A stretch of 64,000 nt of DNA from a virus: IMG/VR virus record IMGVR_UViG_3300021961_000020; one strand, given 5' to 3'. The number at the start of each line of letters is the position of its first letter. The stretch's first letter is position 1. Shown here one piece after another: positions 38,431 to 45,430 of the stretch. Under the pieces are notes generated by a model. It saw only the letters and a list, made by a program, of their open reading frames with translations. It made no database searches and had not been told where the DNA came from. The translations under genes were made by a program, and so were the position numbers.

Positions 38431-38616
38431 CTATTTGCTGTCTAGGACATACACTTCGCATTGTTGTTCAGGGTACACCAAGAGGCAACAATAGGTCTCT
38501 CCGTTAATACCATCAGACGCATACTTCTTGAAACAGATTGTTATGTATGCGTCGCTGATGAAATTAACAAATCCACTCAATCCTTTGTAAGTTACTGACT
38601 GTCCTTCAATGAACAT
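38431..38616 (-). CDS. Cyanophage hypothetical protein
   Basis: MFIEGQSVTYKGLSGFVNFISDAYITIC...CCLLVYP; last ORF of the early array. Confidence 0.65.
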   Translation of the reverse strand: MFIEGQSVTYKGLSGFVNFISDAYITICFKKYASDGINGETYCCLLVYPEQQCEVYVLDSK

Positions 38617-38783
38617 GAGTTGACAAGTTGATAATCAGTGGAGTCTAATAGGTCTGCGATATGTGTAGGCAATTTGCCCTTACTTCCCCAGACATGTCTA
38701 TACTGAATGATGAGTGCTCTGAGCATACTTAACTGCTGGTGAGTTAGTTGTACTGTTAAGATAGACTCTTGAGATGTCATCAT
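38592..38783 (-). CDS. Hypothetical protein
   Basis: ORF in the co-oriented early array. Confidence 0.45.
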   Translation of the reverse strand: MMTSQESILTVQLTHQQLSMLRALIIQYRHVWGSKGKLPTHIADLLDSTDYQLVNSCSLKDSQ

Positions 38784-38861
38784 TTTTTGCGTCGTCGATT
38801 GTTTTGTAATAATGGAGAATCTCTTTGTATAGAGAATCAGGATAATAATAAGGCGACTGAC

Positions 38862-39026
38862 TTACCATGTGGTGAGACATTCAATTTTAGGATATGAGGG
38901 GACATTTTCATCGACAGTATAATCGTCTTGAAGAATGTTCCCTTTCTTATTATACCACAGATGATCAGGAATGTCATCCATTAGGGCATCAACTTTGTCG
39001 AAATAAATCCAATCGATCTTAGACAT
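38862..39026 (-). CDS. Hypothetical protein, 54 aa (not in ORF track)
   Basis: MSKIDWIYFDKVDALMDDIPDHLWYNKKGNILQDDYTVDENVPSYPKIECLTTW. Confidence 0.5.
   Translation of the reverse strand: MSKIDWIYFDKVDALMDDIPDHLWYNKKGNILQDDYTVDENVPSYPKIECLTTW
38949..38977 (-). promoter_or_regulatory. sigma70-type promoter (extended -10)
   Basis: ATGACA-17 nt-TATAAT with TG extension (TGGTATAAT). Confidence 0.55.
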
Positions 39027-39028
39027 GT

Positions 39029-39313
39029 TTAATACTCCTCTGAAGAAATGATTTCCAGGTTGGTGACATCAATGTCCTCTGACATTATATCACAAATACG
39101 GGCGATTTCCTTAGATGATGATGCATTGAGATTGAACACAAAAACATCATCTTCATGGCGATTGATTATGATATTCACATGTTCTTCATATTTAGAGATG
39201 AAGTTAGCAACTGTGTGGGGGTCATCTTGACTGAATTGAATTGCGATTTGAGAGTTAGCGCCATTGTGAAACTTGATACCCTCAGCGAGTTTTTCAATCG
39301 AGAGACGAGACAT
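39029..39313 (-). CDS. Hypothetical protein
   Basis: 94 aa ORF tightly packed in the early array. Confidence 0.55.
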   Translation of the reverse strand: MSRLSIEKLAEGIKFHNGANSQIAIQFSQDDPHTVANFISKYEEHVNIIINRHEDDVFVFNLNASSSKEIARICDIMSEDIDVTNLEIISSEEY

Positions 39314-39316
39314 AAT

Positions 39317-39565
39317 TTAATCGGAAGAACGACGGGAATTGATGAAATCAGAAATGTGCAGTTCTGCTTCTTTCAGTGTATCATACTTTGCGAGTTCTGA
39401 ATACTGATCTTCTTCTCCTCTGACATGAATTGTATAACGAGGAGATGCATCATTGTCATAACTCACTTTGAACTCAGGAAAACATTCATCGGGCGTTCCA
39501 TATTCATTCTCAGTATAACATTCGAGAACAAATGGAGGTTTATCTAATCTGAGAAAGTTTGTCAT
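39317..39565 (-). CDS. Hypothetical protein
   Basis: 82 aa ORF tightly packed in the early array. Confidence 0.55.
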   Translation of the reverse strand: MTNFLRLDKPPFVLECYTENEYGTPDECFPEFKVSYDNDASPRYTIHVRGEEDQYSELAKYDTLKEAELHISDFINSRRSSD

Positions 39566-39599
39566 TGTTGAATGTGAAATGCGATGTAATTATGTAGTT

Positions 39600-39899
39600 T
39601 CACTCTGCATTGAGATCAGGAATGAAAGTCCATTCATAATGTCCATCCTCAGGATCTTGATCATCTACAATGAACTCAGAATGAATAGCATCAGCATTTC
39701 CAATGTTATCATCCTCCACATGCAAATAGAGTTGATTCAGCAAATGTGCGGACATTTGATCAATGCTCTCTTGACGATCGTTGATATGATCAAAATAACG
39801 AATCTCGCCCGTTTGAATATCATCGAGGACATTCAGCAATTCTTGACCATTAGATGCGAATTGATCGAGGCACTGAATGAAGAATTGAGTTTGAGTCAT
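39600..39899 (-). CDS. Acidic hypothetical protein
   Basis: 99 aa, about 22 D/E against 2 R and no K. Confidence 0.65.
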   Translation of the reverse strand: MTQTQFFIQCLDQFASNGQELLNVLDDIQTGEIRYFDHINDRQESIDQMSAHLLNQLYLHVEDDNIGNADAIHSEFIVDDQDPEDGHYEWTFIPDLNAE

Positions 39900-39901
39900 G
39901 A

Positions 39902-40066
39902 TCAGTTAGCGGTGGATTGAATGAGGTTAGCAGTCATGTGAAGTGCTTCACCAGTATTGTAACGAACGCCAGGAAAGACAATAAAACAAACAACGAAGAT
40001 GATGCCAATGAGTTTCACTTTTTTAGGATCAGGTTTTTTGAATGTGAGATGCTTACGGCGTGACAT
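39902..40066 (-). CDS. Small single-pass membrane protein, 54 aa (not in ORF track)
   Basis: MSRRKHLTFKKPDPKKVKLIGIIFVVCFIVFPGVRYNTGEALHMTANLIQSTAN: basic N-terminus followed by a hydrophobic helix. Confidence 0.6.
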   Translation of the reverse strand: MSRRKHLTFKKPDPKKVKLIGIIFVVCFIVFPGVRYNTGEALHMTANLIQSTAN

Positions 40067-40068
40067 AA

Positions 40069-40392
40069 TCAGGCGAAGATGTAACCGTTCTCGAAAGGAC
40101 GCACCACATTGTTGTCACGAATGAACCACTCATGATTCTTCTGAAAGATACCATCTTTGAGTGCATCTGCATGTGCATTGATGATAGCATTGAGGCGAGA
40201 TTTGGTGGTGACAGACTGCCAACCGCCATCAAACACTTCGAGGAAGTTATCACCCACAGTGGCAATATGATTGCCGTGCAGATATACTTTGCTGGTGTCA
40301 TTCTCTGCGATATACTCTACACTAGTGTTCGCAGATTTCCAGGAGATGCACTTCTGGATTGCGGCGTTCATTTGTGCTTCGATCTTGCGCAT
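40069..40392 (-). CDS. Conserved phage early protein (GWQSxTTKSRLNA family)
   Basis: MRKIEAQMNAAI...VYLHGNHIA...DGGWQSVTTKSRLNAI...IFQKN.EWFI; first gene after an early promoter. Confidence 0.75.
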   Translation of the reverse strand: MRKIEAQMNAAIQKCISWKSANTSVEYIAENDTSKVYLHGNHIATVGDNFLEVFDGGWQSVTTKSRLNAIINAHADALKDGIFQKNHEWFIRDNNVVRPFENGYIFA

Positions 40393-40442
40393 GGTTTGAG
40401 AGTGTTAGTGAGTGGGGGTCGGTGTCCCTCCCCCTGATGTAC

Positions 40443-40505
40443 ATAGTATGGCACCTCTAGGGGGTCTGTGGGGGGTTTGGTGGACAGTTTGTCCTACTGG
40501 CACAC
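40443..40505 (-). promoter_or_regulatory. Early promoter P1: GTGCCAGT-N7-ACTGTCCAC, about 29 nt, -10 (CATACT/TACTAT)
   Basis: One of seven copies of the same architecture upstream of early genes. Confidence 0.75.
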
Positions 40506-40519
40506 CCCAGAGCATTTCT

Positions 40520-40726
40520 CTACACATTGCCCCCGATAATACCATTCAGCACACTATCATCATAGAGATCTAAGATTTCATCTTTGAGTTCTTCCTCTGT
40601 ACAATCTTTGTATGCATCCATTAACAAATCATGGCACATTTGAATGAGATCATTCATGTCCATTTGATCAACAATCATCTCGCAATAGTTAGATTTGAAC
40701 TGTTGAAGTTGCTCGGGAGTCATCAT
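40520..40726 (-). CDS. Acidic hypothetical protein (start re-assigned to 40726)
   Basis: MMTPEQLQQFKSNYCEMIVDQMDMNDL...CTEEELKDEILDLYDD; ATGA overlap with the upstream micro-ORF. Confidence 0.65.
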   Translation of the reverse strand: MMTPEQLQQFKSNYCEMIVDQMDMNDLIQMCHDLLMDAYKDCTEEELKDEILDLYDDSVLNGIIGGNV

Positions 40727-40800
40727 GCGTGGTTGACGAAGTTTTTGATGAAGATATACAGAAGGATCACAATACAGATCCAAACAATGAAACTAATCAT
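40723..40800 (-). CDS. 25-aa transmembrane microprotein (not in ORF track)
   Basis: MISFIVWICIVILLYIFIKNFVNHA; ATGA overlaps at both ends. Confidence 0.6.
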   Translation of the reverse strand: MISFIVWICIVILLYIFIKNFVNHA

Positions 40801-41117
40801 GCTAAGATTGCCATTTCCATGTTGAGATTGTTGACACAAACTACACCACAGTAGTATGCATCCAACCAGTTATCAAAGGTCTCGATAACTTTACTCTCAG
40901 AAGAGAGAACATTACCACTCTCGTGATATTCTGTGATTTGGTATTGGCAGACAACAAATTGATCGACCCATTCGCTATCACTCAGCACAGCAGTGTGGAT
41001 GATAGAAATATCATCGTTTTCTTTGAAACGATATACAGAACGAGAGTTCATGTGTGTGGCGCGGAGTTCATCGCCCCAGACAGTTTCTGCTTTCCAACCT
41101 TGAGAAAAAAGTGACAT
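40797..41117 (-). CDS. Hypothetical protein
   Basis: 106 aa ORF in the early array. Confidence 0.6.
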   Translation of the reverse strand: MSLFSQGWKAETVWGDELRATHMNSRSVYRFKENDDISIIHTAVLSDSEWVDQFVVCQYQITEYHESGNVLSSESKVIETFDNWLDAYYCGVVCVNNLNMEMAILA

Positions 41118-41153
41118 TTGTGTGTTAGTTAAGTGTGCGTGAGTTAGTGTTAA

Positions 41154-41390
41154 TCAGTCGTCCAATCCTTGAGTGGTGTCCCACATATCGTAGAACAAAT
41201 CCCATGCAGGACCATCAGCAACAAAGGAGGAACATTCTGCCTGATCGCATACCCAATCGTATGCCATATCGATGTCTGCGTTGTTAGCGTAGACGAAAGA
41301 TTGCAGACCTTCGATTGCACTAATGAAGGCAGGATCTTGCACCAGGGAGATGTAGACTTTGCCTTCAGGATTTCGGAGAATGGTGTTCAT
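41154..41390 (-). CDS. Acidic hypothetical protein
   Basis: First gene after promoter P2; ADIDMAYDWVCDQA...WDLFYDMWD. Confidence 0.65.
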   Translation of the reverse strand: MNTILRNPEGKVYISLVQDPAFISAIEGLQSFVYANNADIDMAYDWVCDQAECSSFVADGPAWDLFYDMWDTTQGLDD

Positions 41391-41437
41391 TTGAGAGAGT
41401 TAAGGGATTGTGGGGAGCGGTCCCCCCCGATGCAACT

Positions 41438-41497
41438 AATATAGGGCATTGGGGGGCGCTGTGCGCGTTTAGTGGACAGTTTGACCAACTGGCACAC
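41438..41497 (-). promoter_or_regulatory. Early promoter P2: GTGCCAGT-N7-ACTGTCCAC, 28 nt, TATATT
   Basis: Repeat of the early-promoter motif. Confidence 0.75.
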
Positions 41498-41498
41498 C

Positions 41499-41666
41499 TC
41501 AGAAGAGGTGAGTCCATTGTTTATGCTTTGCTGCTGTAATCCTTCCCTCTGCTAACATGTTGTCGCACACATTACAGAAAACTTGAAACTTTTCCTCACG
41601 GGTAAGTGTATGCGGTTGAGCACAAGTTGCGATGACTTTGAGCATTTGTGCCTTGGAAGTAATCAT
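41499..41666 (-). CDS. Hypothetical protein, 55 aa (not in ORF track); paralogue of 42362-42547
   Basis: MITSKAQMLKVIATCAQPHTLTREEKFQVFCNVCDNMLAEGRITAAKHKQWTHLF. Confidence 0.65.
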   Translation of the reverse strand: MITSKAQMLKVIATCAQPHTLTREEKFQVFCNVCDNMLAEGRITAAKHKQWTHLF

Positions 41667-41878
41667 GGAAAAATAGGAGTGAGGATGTGACGATAGTCGA
41701 TGGATTTGATACAGTAACCTGCGGCAGATGTGATTTCTTCGACTAGATCATCGCCATCATCTGCCTCCCAGAAAGTTCCAACATAGTCATCACAAAAGTC
41801 CTCAGTTTCTTGTTCAGTCATAGGATACAAATCATCCCCAAAGTCAAACTCAATGTAAGTGATTTGGAATTGCATCAA
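41663..41878 (-). CDS. Acidic hypothetical protein
   Basis: FQITYIEFDF...WEADDGDDLVEEITSAAGYCIKSIDY; 18 D/E in 71 aa. Confidence 0.65.
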   Translation of the reverse strand: MMQFQITYIEFDFGDDLYPMTEQETEDFCDDYVGTFWEADDGDDLVEEITSAAGYCIKSIDYRHILTPIFP

Positions 41879-42159
41879 ACCATCTCCAATTTAGGGGCGT
41901 TGGTAACTTCGAAGTTGTTGAAGTCTTTCATTCTTACAGACACATTAGGGGGCAACATGCTGAAAGAGTCATACAAAACCCAGTCATCTTCATGCTCTGC
42001 AATAACAGCAAAACCGAAGATTCCTGCGGTTGGCATCATAAACAAACCATGCTTTTCTGCATCTTTGAGTGATGCAAACCCTCTTGCAGTTATAGTCCAG
42101 GTGATGCCAGATTGATCACCACCAAAGTATGCACAAATGAAATCAGTCATGTTAATCAA
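41875..42159 (-). CDS. Hypothetical protein
   Basis: 94 aa ORF coupled to its neighbours. Confidence 0.55.
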   Translation of the reverse strand: MINMTDFICAYFGGDQSGITWTITARGFASLKDAEKHGLFMMPTAGIFGFAVIAEHEDDWVLYDSFSMLPPNVSVRMKDFNNFEVTNAPKLEMV

Positions 42160-42323
42160 CCTCCGAACATTTCTTCGAACAGTGGAGTTTCTTGAAACTT
42201 TTGCTGATCATACTGATCACGAACCATCCAGATCTCTTGCTCAATCCATGCAAGTTCTGCGCGTTTCTTATCAAGTTTGACGCGAAGATCGTAGAGTTTT
42301 TGATTGCGTTCAGTGAGTGTCAT
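42156..42323 (-). CDS. Coiled-coil hypothetical protein, 55 aa (not in ORF track)
   Basis: MTLTERNQKLYDLRVKLDKKRAELAWIEQEIWMVRDQYDQQKFQETPLFEEMFGG. Confidence 0.65.
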   Translation of the reverse strand: MTLTERNQKLYDLRVKLDKKRAELAWIEQEIWMVRDQYDQQKFQETPLFEEMFGG

Positions 42324-42361
42324 TGCAGGAAAAGCGGAGAGTTTAATGCGGTTTTTGCGGA

Positions 42362-42547
42362 TCAGAAGGGGTTAGTCCAGCGATCGTATTGTGAGTCGGT
42401 GATGTAACCTTCTTTGCAAAGTTGATCGGTGAAGTTATTCCATGCTTCACGCTTAGCGATAGTGTCGCCTTTCCACTGAGGTTTCTGAATTGTGAACACT
42501 TTCCAGTTGTAGCGGAATTGTGTGAGTGCTTGTGCTTTGGTAGTCAT
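42362..42547 (-). CDS. Phage early hypothetical protein (start re-assigned to 42547)
   Basis: MTTKAQALTQFRYNWKV...DTIAKREAWNNFTDQLCKEGYITDSQYDRWTNPF; first gene after P3. Confidence 0.7.
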   Translation of the reverse strand: MTTKAQALTQFRYNWKVFTIQKPQWKGDTIAKREAWNNFTDQLCKEGYITDSQYDRWTNPF

Positions 42548-42590
42548 CAGAGTTAAGAGCGGTGGGGGTGGTTCCCTCCCCCTGATGCCT

Positions 42591-42653
42591 ATAGTATGGC
42601 ACAAAAAAACGCCCCTGAGGGGCGCTGGTGGACAGTTTGACCAACTGTCTACC
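42591..42653 (-). promoter_or_regulatory. Early promoter P3: TAGACAGT-N7-ACTGTCCAC, about 29 nt, CATACT/TACTAT
   Basis: Repeat of the early-promoter motif; shares GTGCCATACTAT...CATCAGGGGAGGGA with P1. Confidence 0.75.
42603..42625 (-). terminator. Rho-independent terminator nested in promoter P3
   Basis: GCGCCCC-TCA-GGGGCGT followed by a T7 run on the minus strand, just after the stop at 42649. Confidence 0.75.
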
Positions 42654-42939
42654 CAAATGCTGCCATGAGCGGATTTAGGTTAAGTTTCATGGCAGTGTAG
42701 GGGCGAGTATCATTAATGTCCACAATCTTTCCTACTTGCGTTGAATTAATTGGGGCGTAATATTGTTGTGTCTTTGGGGCATAAAATCCCCAGATAGTGC
42801 TAACCTGATCGCTGTTATAACTGTACCTCCGATGATGAAGCAACCAAATACTAAGCATGCCCCTTTTGAAAGTTTTGACGGTGTAGGTATATCCTTCTGG
42901 GGCATCATGTATAAAAGAGGGAGGAAGTTCGAGTGTCAT
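42649..42939 (-). CDS. Conserved cyanophage hypothetical protein
   Basis: HDAPEGYTY.V..FKR...SIWL.HH..Y.Y....VSTIWGFY..KT..YYAPIN...GK.VDI..TRPYTAM.LNLNPL.AAF. Confidence 0.75.
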   Translation of the reverse strand: MTLELPPSFIHDAPEGYTYTVKTFKRGMLSIWLLHHRRYSYNSDQVSTIWGFYAPKTQQYYAPINSTQVGKIVDINDTRPYTAMKLNLNPLMAAFG

Positions 42940-43256
42940 TCGTCAGTGAGATGATCTTGGCATGCTATAGTATTTGGGTCACATTGTACATTCTCAGGTT
43001 TAACAAATCCTTGCATCCGACAATAAAGATCAGCAGACTTCATCAAACCTTTTTCATAATAATCAACCCATGATTTCAATTCATCAACTACATCATCATA
43101 GAACATTTCAGGTGTCAGATTCTCATCACTAACATATTCTGCAATAATATCACAGAGACGATCTTTCAGATGTTGACGATAATCAGAATGTGTAGATGTA
43201 GGCACAGGATCACTCCAAAAGTCTTCCAAATCCTTGTCAGTTGCAGTAGTAATCAC
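42936..43256 (-). CDS. Hypothetical protein
   Basis: 106 aa ORF with overlapping stop/start coupling. Confidence 0.6.
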   Translation of the reverse strand: MITTATDKDLEDFWSDPVPTSTHSDYRQHLKDRLCDIIAEYVSDENLTPEMFYDDVVDELKSWVDYYEKGLMKSADLYCRMQGFVKPENVQCDPNTIACQDHLTDE

Positions 43257-43405
43257 TTACAAATCTCCATGAGTTTATCCATAACAGGGCGAAGATCTTC
43301 CTCTTCAGTAGCACTGAGATCGATAAACATTTGCTCAATACACCAGAGCATCAAATCTGCTTGAGATTTGGTGACTTCAATAGTATTGAAAGTTGAGGTT
43401 GTCAT
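43253..43405 (-). CDS. Hypothetical protein, 50 aa (not in ORF track)
   Basis: MTTSTFNTIEVTKSQADLMLWCIEQMFIDLSATEEEDLRPVMDKLMEICK. Confidence 0.55.
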   Translation of the reverse strand: MTTSTFNTIEVTKSQADLMLWCIEQMFIDLSATEEEDLRPVMDKLMEICK

Positions 43406-43441
43406 TGATAGTTGAAAAGAATGAACTACAGTTGTATTTAA

Positions 43442-43678
43442 TCAGCAACAAGCGGGAGAATAGTTGCTGGGTTCGGTGAGGAAATCAGTCACCTCATAGT
43501 TAAGATCAAGACGAGCATTGACAGTTTCGATCATCTCTTTTTTGCTCATCAAACGCATGGATTTGGTTTGCTCATCGCCCATGAACTTGAGAGTATAAAC
43601 AAACTTGTTGGAGAGAATAGCGTGAGGGCGAAACTCAACAACCATAGCGCGGGATTGACCTTGTGAAGTGAGTTGCAT
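43442..43678 (-). CDS. Conserved cyanophage early hypothetical protein
   Basis: MQLTSQG..RAMVVEFRPH.IL..KFVYTLKF...MRL..KKEMIETVNARL..NY.VTDF; first gene after P4. Confidence 0.7.
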   Translation of the reverse strand: MQLTSQGQSRAMVVEFRPHAILSNKFVYTLKFMGDEQTKSMRLMSKKEMIETVNARLDLNYEVTDFLTEPSNYSPACC

Positions 43679-43702
43679 TTGATCGGTGTTCCTTTGACTC
43701 TC

Positions 43703-44242
43703 TTATAATACGGGAGGAGGGGGGGCAATGGGGTGAATGGTGGACACCTCGGCAACTGGCACAACAGTTTTGAACCGACTTGCATAATTGTATGCATAAC
43801 GGGTACGATTACCGTGGATTCCCCACCCTAACCAATACCACGATTTGTCCATATAATACTCGATAGATCTACCAGACTTCTTTAGAATCGGTTCGAGTTG
43901 TTTCCACTGAGATTCATTAACCATGTACCGAAGTTGTCCATCGAGACTGTTAGGATTGCAGTTGTACTTACGGCAGAATCTACCTAATCCAAAATAGCGA
44001 TTCTCTGTAGTCCATTGAATCAAACCAAAACCACCACGCATGCATCGATTGTAGGGAACTCTTGCTCCACCTTCACAGATATTGGTCTTAAATCCACTTT
44101 CTGCCTTTATATTGCCCATGACAGTTGCGAGAGCATTAACACCTCTAATTCCTCTCTTTTGTAGAAACTTGAGTGTTGCTTTCTCATTGTCGTTGCAATT
44201 AACGCATTGGACAATGGGGGCAGGAGGATGATCGTAAAGCAT
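43703..44242 (-). CDS. Phage tail-type lysozyme (Phage_lysozyme2-like)
   Basis: ALATVMGNIKAESGF...GGFGLIQWT..NRY.GL..F.......NSLDGQLRYM..E; catalytic Glu in AESG. Confidence 0.8.
   Translation of the reverse strand: MLYDHPPAPIVQCVNCNDNEKATLKFLQKRGIRGVNALATVMGNIKAESGFKTNICEGGARVPYNRCMRGGFGLIQWTTENRYFGLGRFCRKYNCNPNSLDGQLRYMVNESQWKQLEPILKKSGRSIEYYMDKSWYWLGWGIHGNRTRYAYNYASRFKTVVPVAEVSTIHPIAPPPPVL
43705..43763 (-). promoter_or_regulatory. Early promoter P4: GTGCCAGT-N7-GGTGTCCAC, 29 nt, TATTAT
   Basis: Repeat of the early-promoter motif, overlapping the 3' end of the lysozyme ORF. Confidence 0.65.
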
Positions 44243-44327
44243 TAAATCCGCCGTGTGTTATTCACGGAGTATAGAACATCTCTATATCGACTATAAAAAC
44301 TGAATTGCTGTCGATTAGAGCACAAAA

Positions 44328-44359
44328 GGTAGAACAGCAAAGTTCATTGCCATTCTACC
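44328..44359 (-). terminator. Hairpin/terminator downstream of the HicA-like gene
   Basis: GGUAGAAUGGCAA-UGAACU-UUGCUGUUCUACC, a 13-bp stem with 2 G-U pairs, followed by UUUU. Confidence 0.5.
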
Positions 44360-44364
44360 ATAAT

Positions 44365-44550
44365 TTATTTCATTTGTGCAAGTATGTTTTTCTCTATTTC
44401 TTTCAACCAACGCGCTTTACCTGGCGTTTTAGATGTAACAACGATTGCACCATTAGGACCGTGCCATGTATAATGACTGCCGATCCTATGTAACACAAAC
44501 TCATACGATTTCATGAGTTTTCGTAGATCTTTGTCGATTTTGGGGTTCAT
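44365..44550 (-). CDS. HicA-like mRNA interferase-fold protein (start re-assigned to 44550)
   Basis: KDLRKLMKSYEFVLHRIGSHYTWHGPNGAIVVTSKTPGKARWLKEIEKNI: HicA GSH motif in an alpha-beta-beta-beta-alpha arrangement. Confidence 0.65.
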   Translation of the reverse strand: MNPKIDKDLRKLMKSYEFVLHRIGSHYTWHGPNGAIVVTSKTPGKARWLKEIEKNILAQMK

Positions 44551-44588
44551 AATGAAGAGAGTGCGGGGGGACTCGATCCCACCTTTCC

Positions 44589-44627
44589 AATATACAGCAA
44601 AACAGACCCCAGGGCGAGGTCTGTCAA
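44589..44627 (-). promoter_or_regulatory. Promoter upstream of the HicA-like gene (TTGACA, ACAGACC/GGTCTGT inverted repeat, TATATT)
   Basis: Extended -10 TGCTGTATATT; TTGACA lies 27 nt upstream, with an inverted repeat in the spacer. Confidence 0.5.
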
Positions 44628-44648
44628 CAAATCGAAACAATAAATTAG

Positions 44649-44852
44649 TCACCCATATGTACGCATGAAATCATCAAGAGTGAAGATGTCATCGGTACAA
44701 GTTTCTGCAACTAATTCATCGTAAGACATATCTTTGAGCATCTCTTGATGCTCTTCTAAAGATAGATCTTCTTCAGGATCAAAGTCATCATGACATAAGA
44801 AATCATACTCTGCCTGAAGTGCATCAATTAACTCCTGCTTAGTATAATTCAT
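44649..44852 (-). CDS. Highly acidic hypothetical protein
   Basis: YTKQELIDALQAEYDFLCHDDFDPEED...; 21 D/E in 67 aa. Confidence 0.7.
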   Translation of the reverse strand: MNYTKQELIDALQAEYDFLCHDDFDPEEDLSLEEHQEMLKDMSYDELVAETCTDDIFTLDDFMRTYG

Positions 44853-45097
44853 AGATTGAGTGATCCTTTACTCTTAGACTTTTTACTAGCAGTCTCTAAT
44901 TTCTTGATATAGTTCATGGCACTGTGATAGTCTCTACAGAGTTTATCCTGCTGACCATCAACAATGACCATGAACTTTTTGCTTTGAATGACACGGATAG
45001 CAGCAAATCTACCATCCTTGCTAACATATCCTTCGTAAGGATTGTCAGCGTCTAAAATGCATGAATTGATGCAATAGAAGTCCTGATAATTAGACAT
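44849..45097 (-). CDS. Cyanophage hypothetical protein
   Basis: GYVSKDGRFAAI....SKKFMVIVDGQQDKLCRDY.SA.NYI. Confidence 0.6.
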   Translation of the reverse strand: MSNYQDFYCINSCILDADNPYEGYVSKDGRFAAIRVIQSKKFMVIVDGQQDKLCRDYHSAMNYIKKLETASKKSKSKGSLNL

Positions 45098-45254
45098 TCA
45101 TGTTGATCCGCATCACTTGCACATTTCCATATTGTTCTTTAATAATTTGCTCTGCACCTTGGCGACTTTGAGCGGGAACTCTTACAGTCTGCATACCAGT
45201 ATTGACAGAGTAAAATGTCACATCAGCAGTGCGAGTGTTGTTGAAACCGAACAT
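45090..45254 (-). CDS. Small beta-beta-alpha-beta protein, 54 aa (not in ORF track)
   Basis: MFGFNNTRTADVTFYSVNTGMQTVRVPAQSRQGAEQIIKEQYGNVQVMRINMNV. Confidence 0.6.
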   Translation of the reverse strand: MFGFNNTRTADVTFYSVNTGMQTVRVPAQSRQGAEQIIKEQYGNVQVMRINMNV

Positions 45255-45256
45255 GA

Positions 45257-45424
45257 TTAAGATTTAGATGGAACAGTAGTCAGAACTTTTTCAATTTTGC
45301 CATTAGGAAAAGCATCTTGAAACTTTTCCTTTGCTAGACTTACAGATTCTGCCATGATAACAGTTTCACGGACAGGACCAGAACCGTCAATACGGTAAGT
45401 AATAGTGTGCGCGAACTTTGCCAT
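45257..45424 (-). CDS. Small beta-beta-alpha-beta protein, 55 aa (not in ORF track)
   Basis: MAKFAHTITYRIDGSGPVRETVIMAESVSLAKEKFQDAFPNGKIEKVLTTVPSKS. Confidence 0.65.
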   Translation of the reverse strand: MAKFAHTITYRIDGSGPVRETVIMAESVSLAKEKFQDAFPNGKIEKVLTTVPSKS

Positions 45425-45430
45425 TTTCTA

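Noticed and set aside
38698-38880. 60-aa minus-strand ORF
   Set aside because: It overlaps 38592-38783 by 86 nt and has no recognisable features; it may be real but is not supportable.
40431-43770. Recurrent ~25-bp motif considered as a CRISPR-like array
   Set aside because: Spacing is irregular (about 1 kb), and each copy precedes a -10 box and a gene start, so these are promoters.
44589-44627. TTGACA as a canonical -35 for the HicA-like promoter
   Set aside because: The spacer to TATATT is 27 nt, not 16-18; it is kept only as an atypical promoter.
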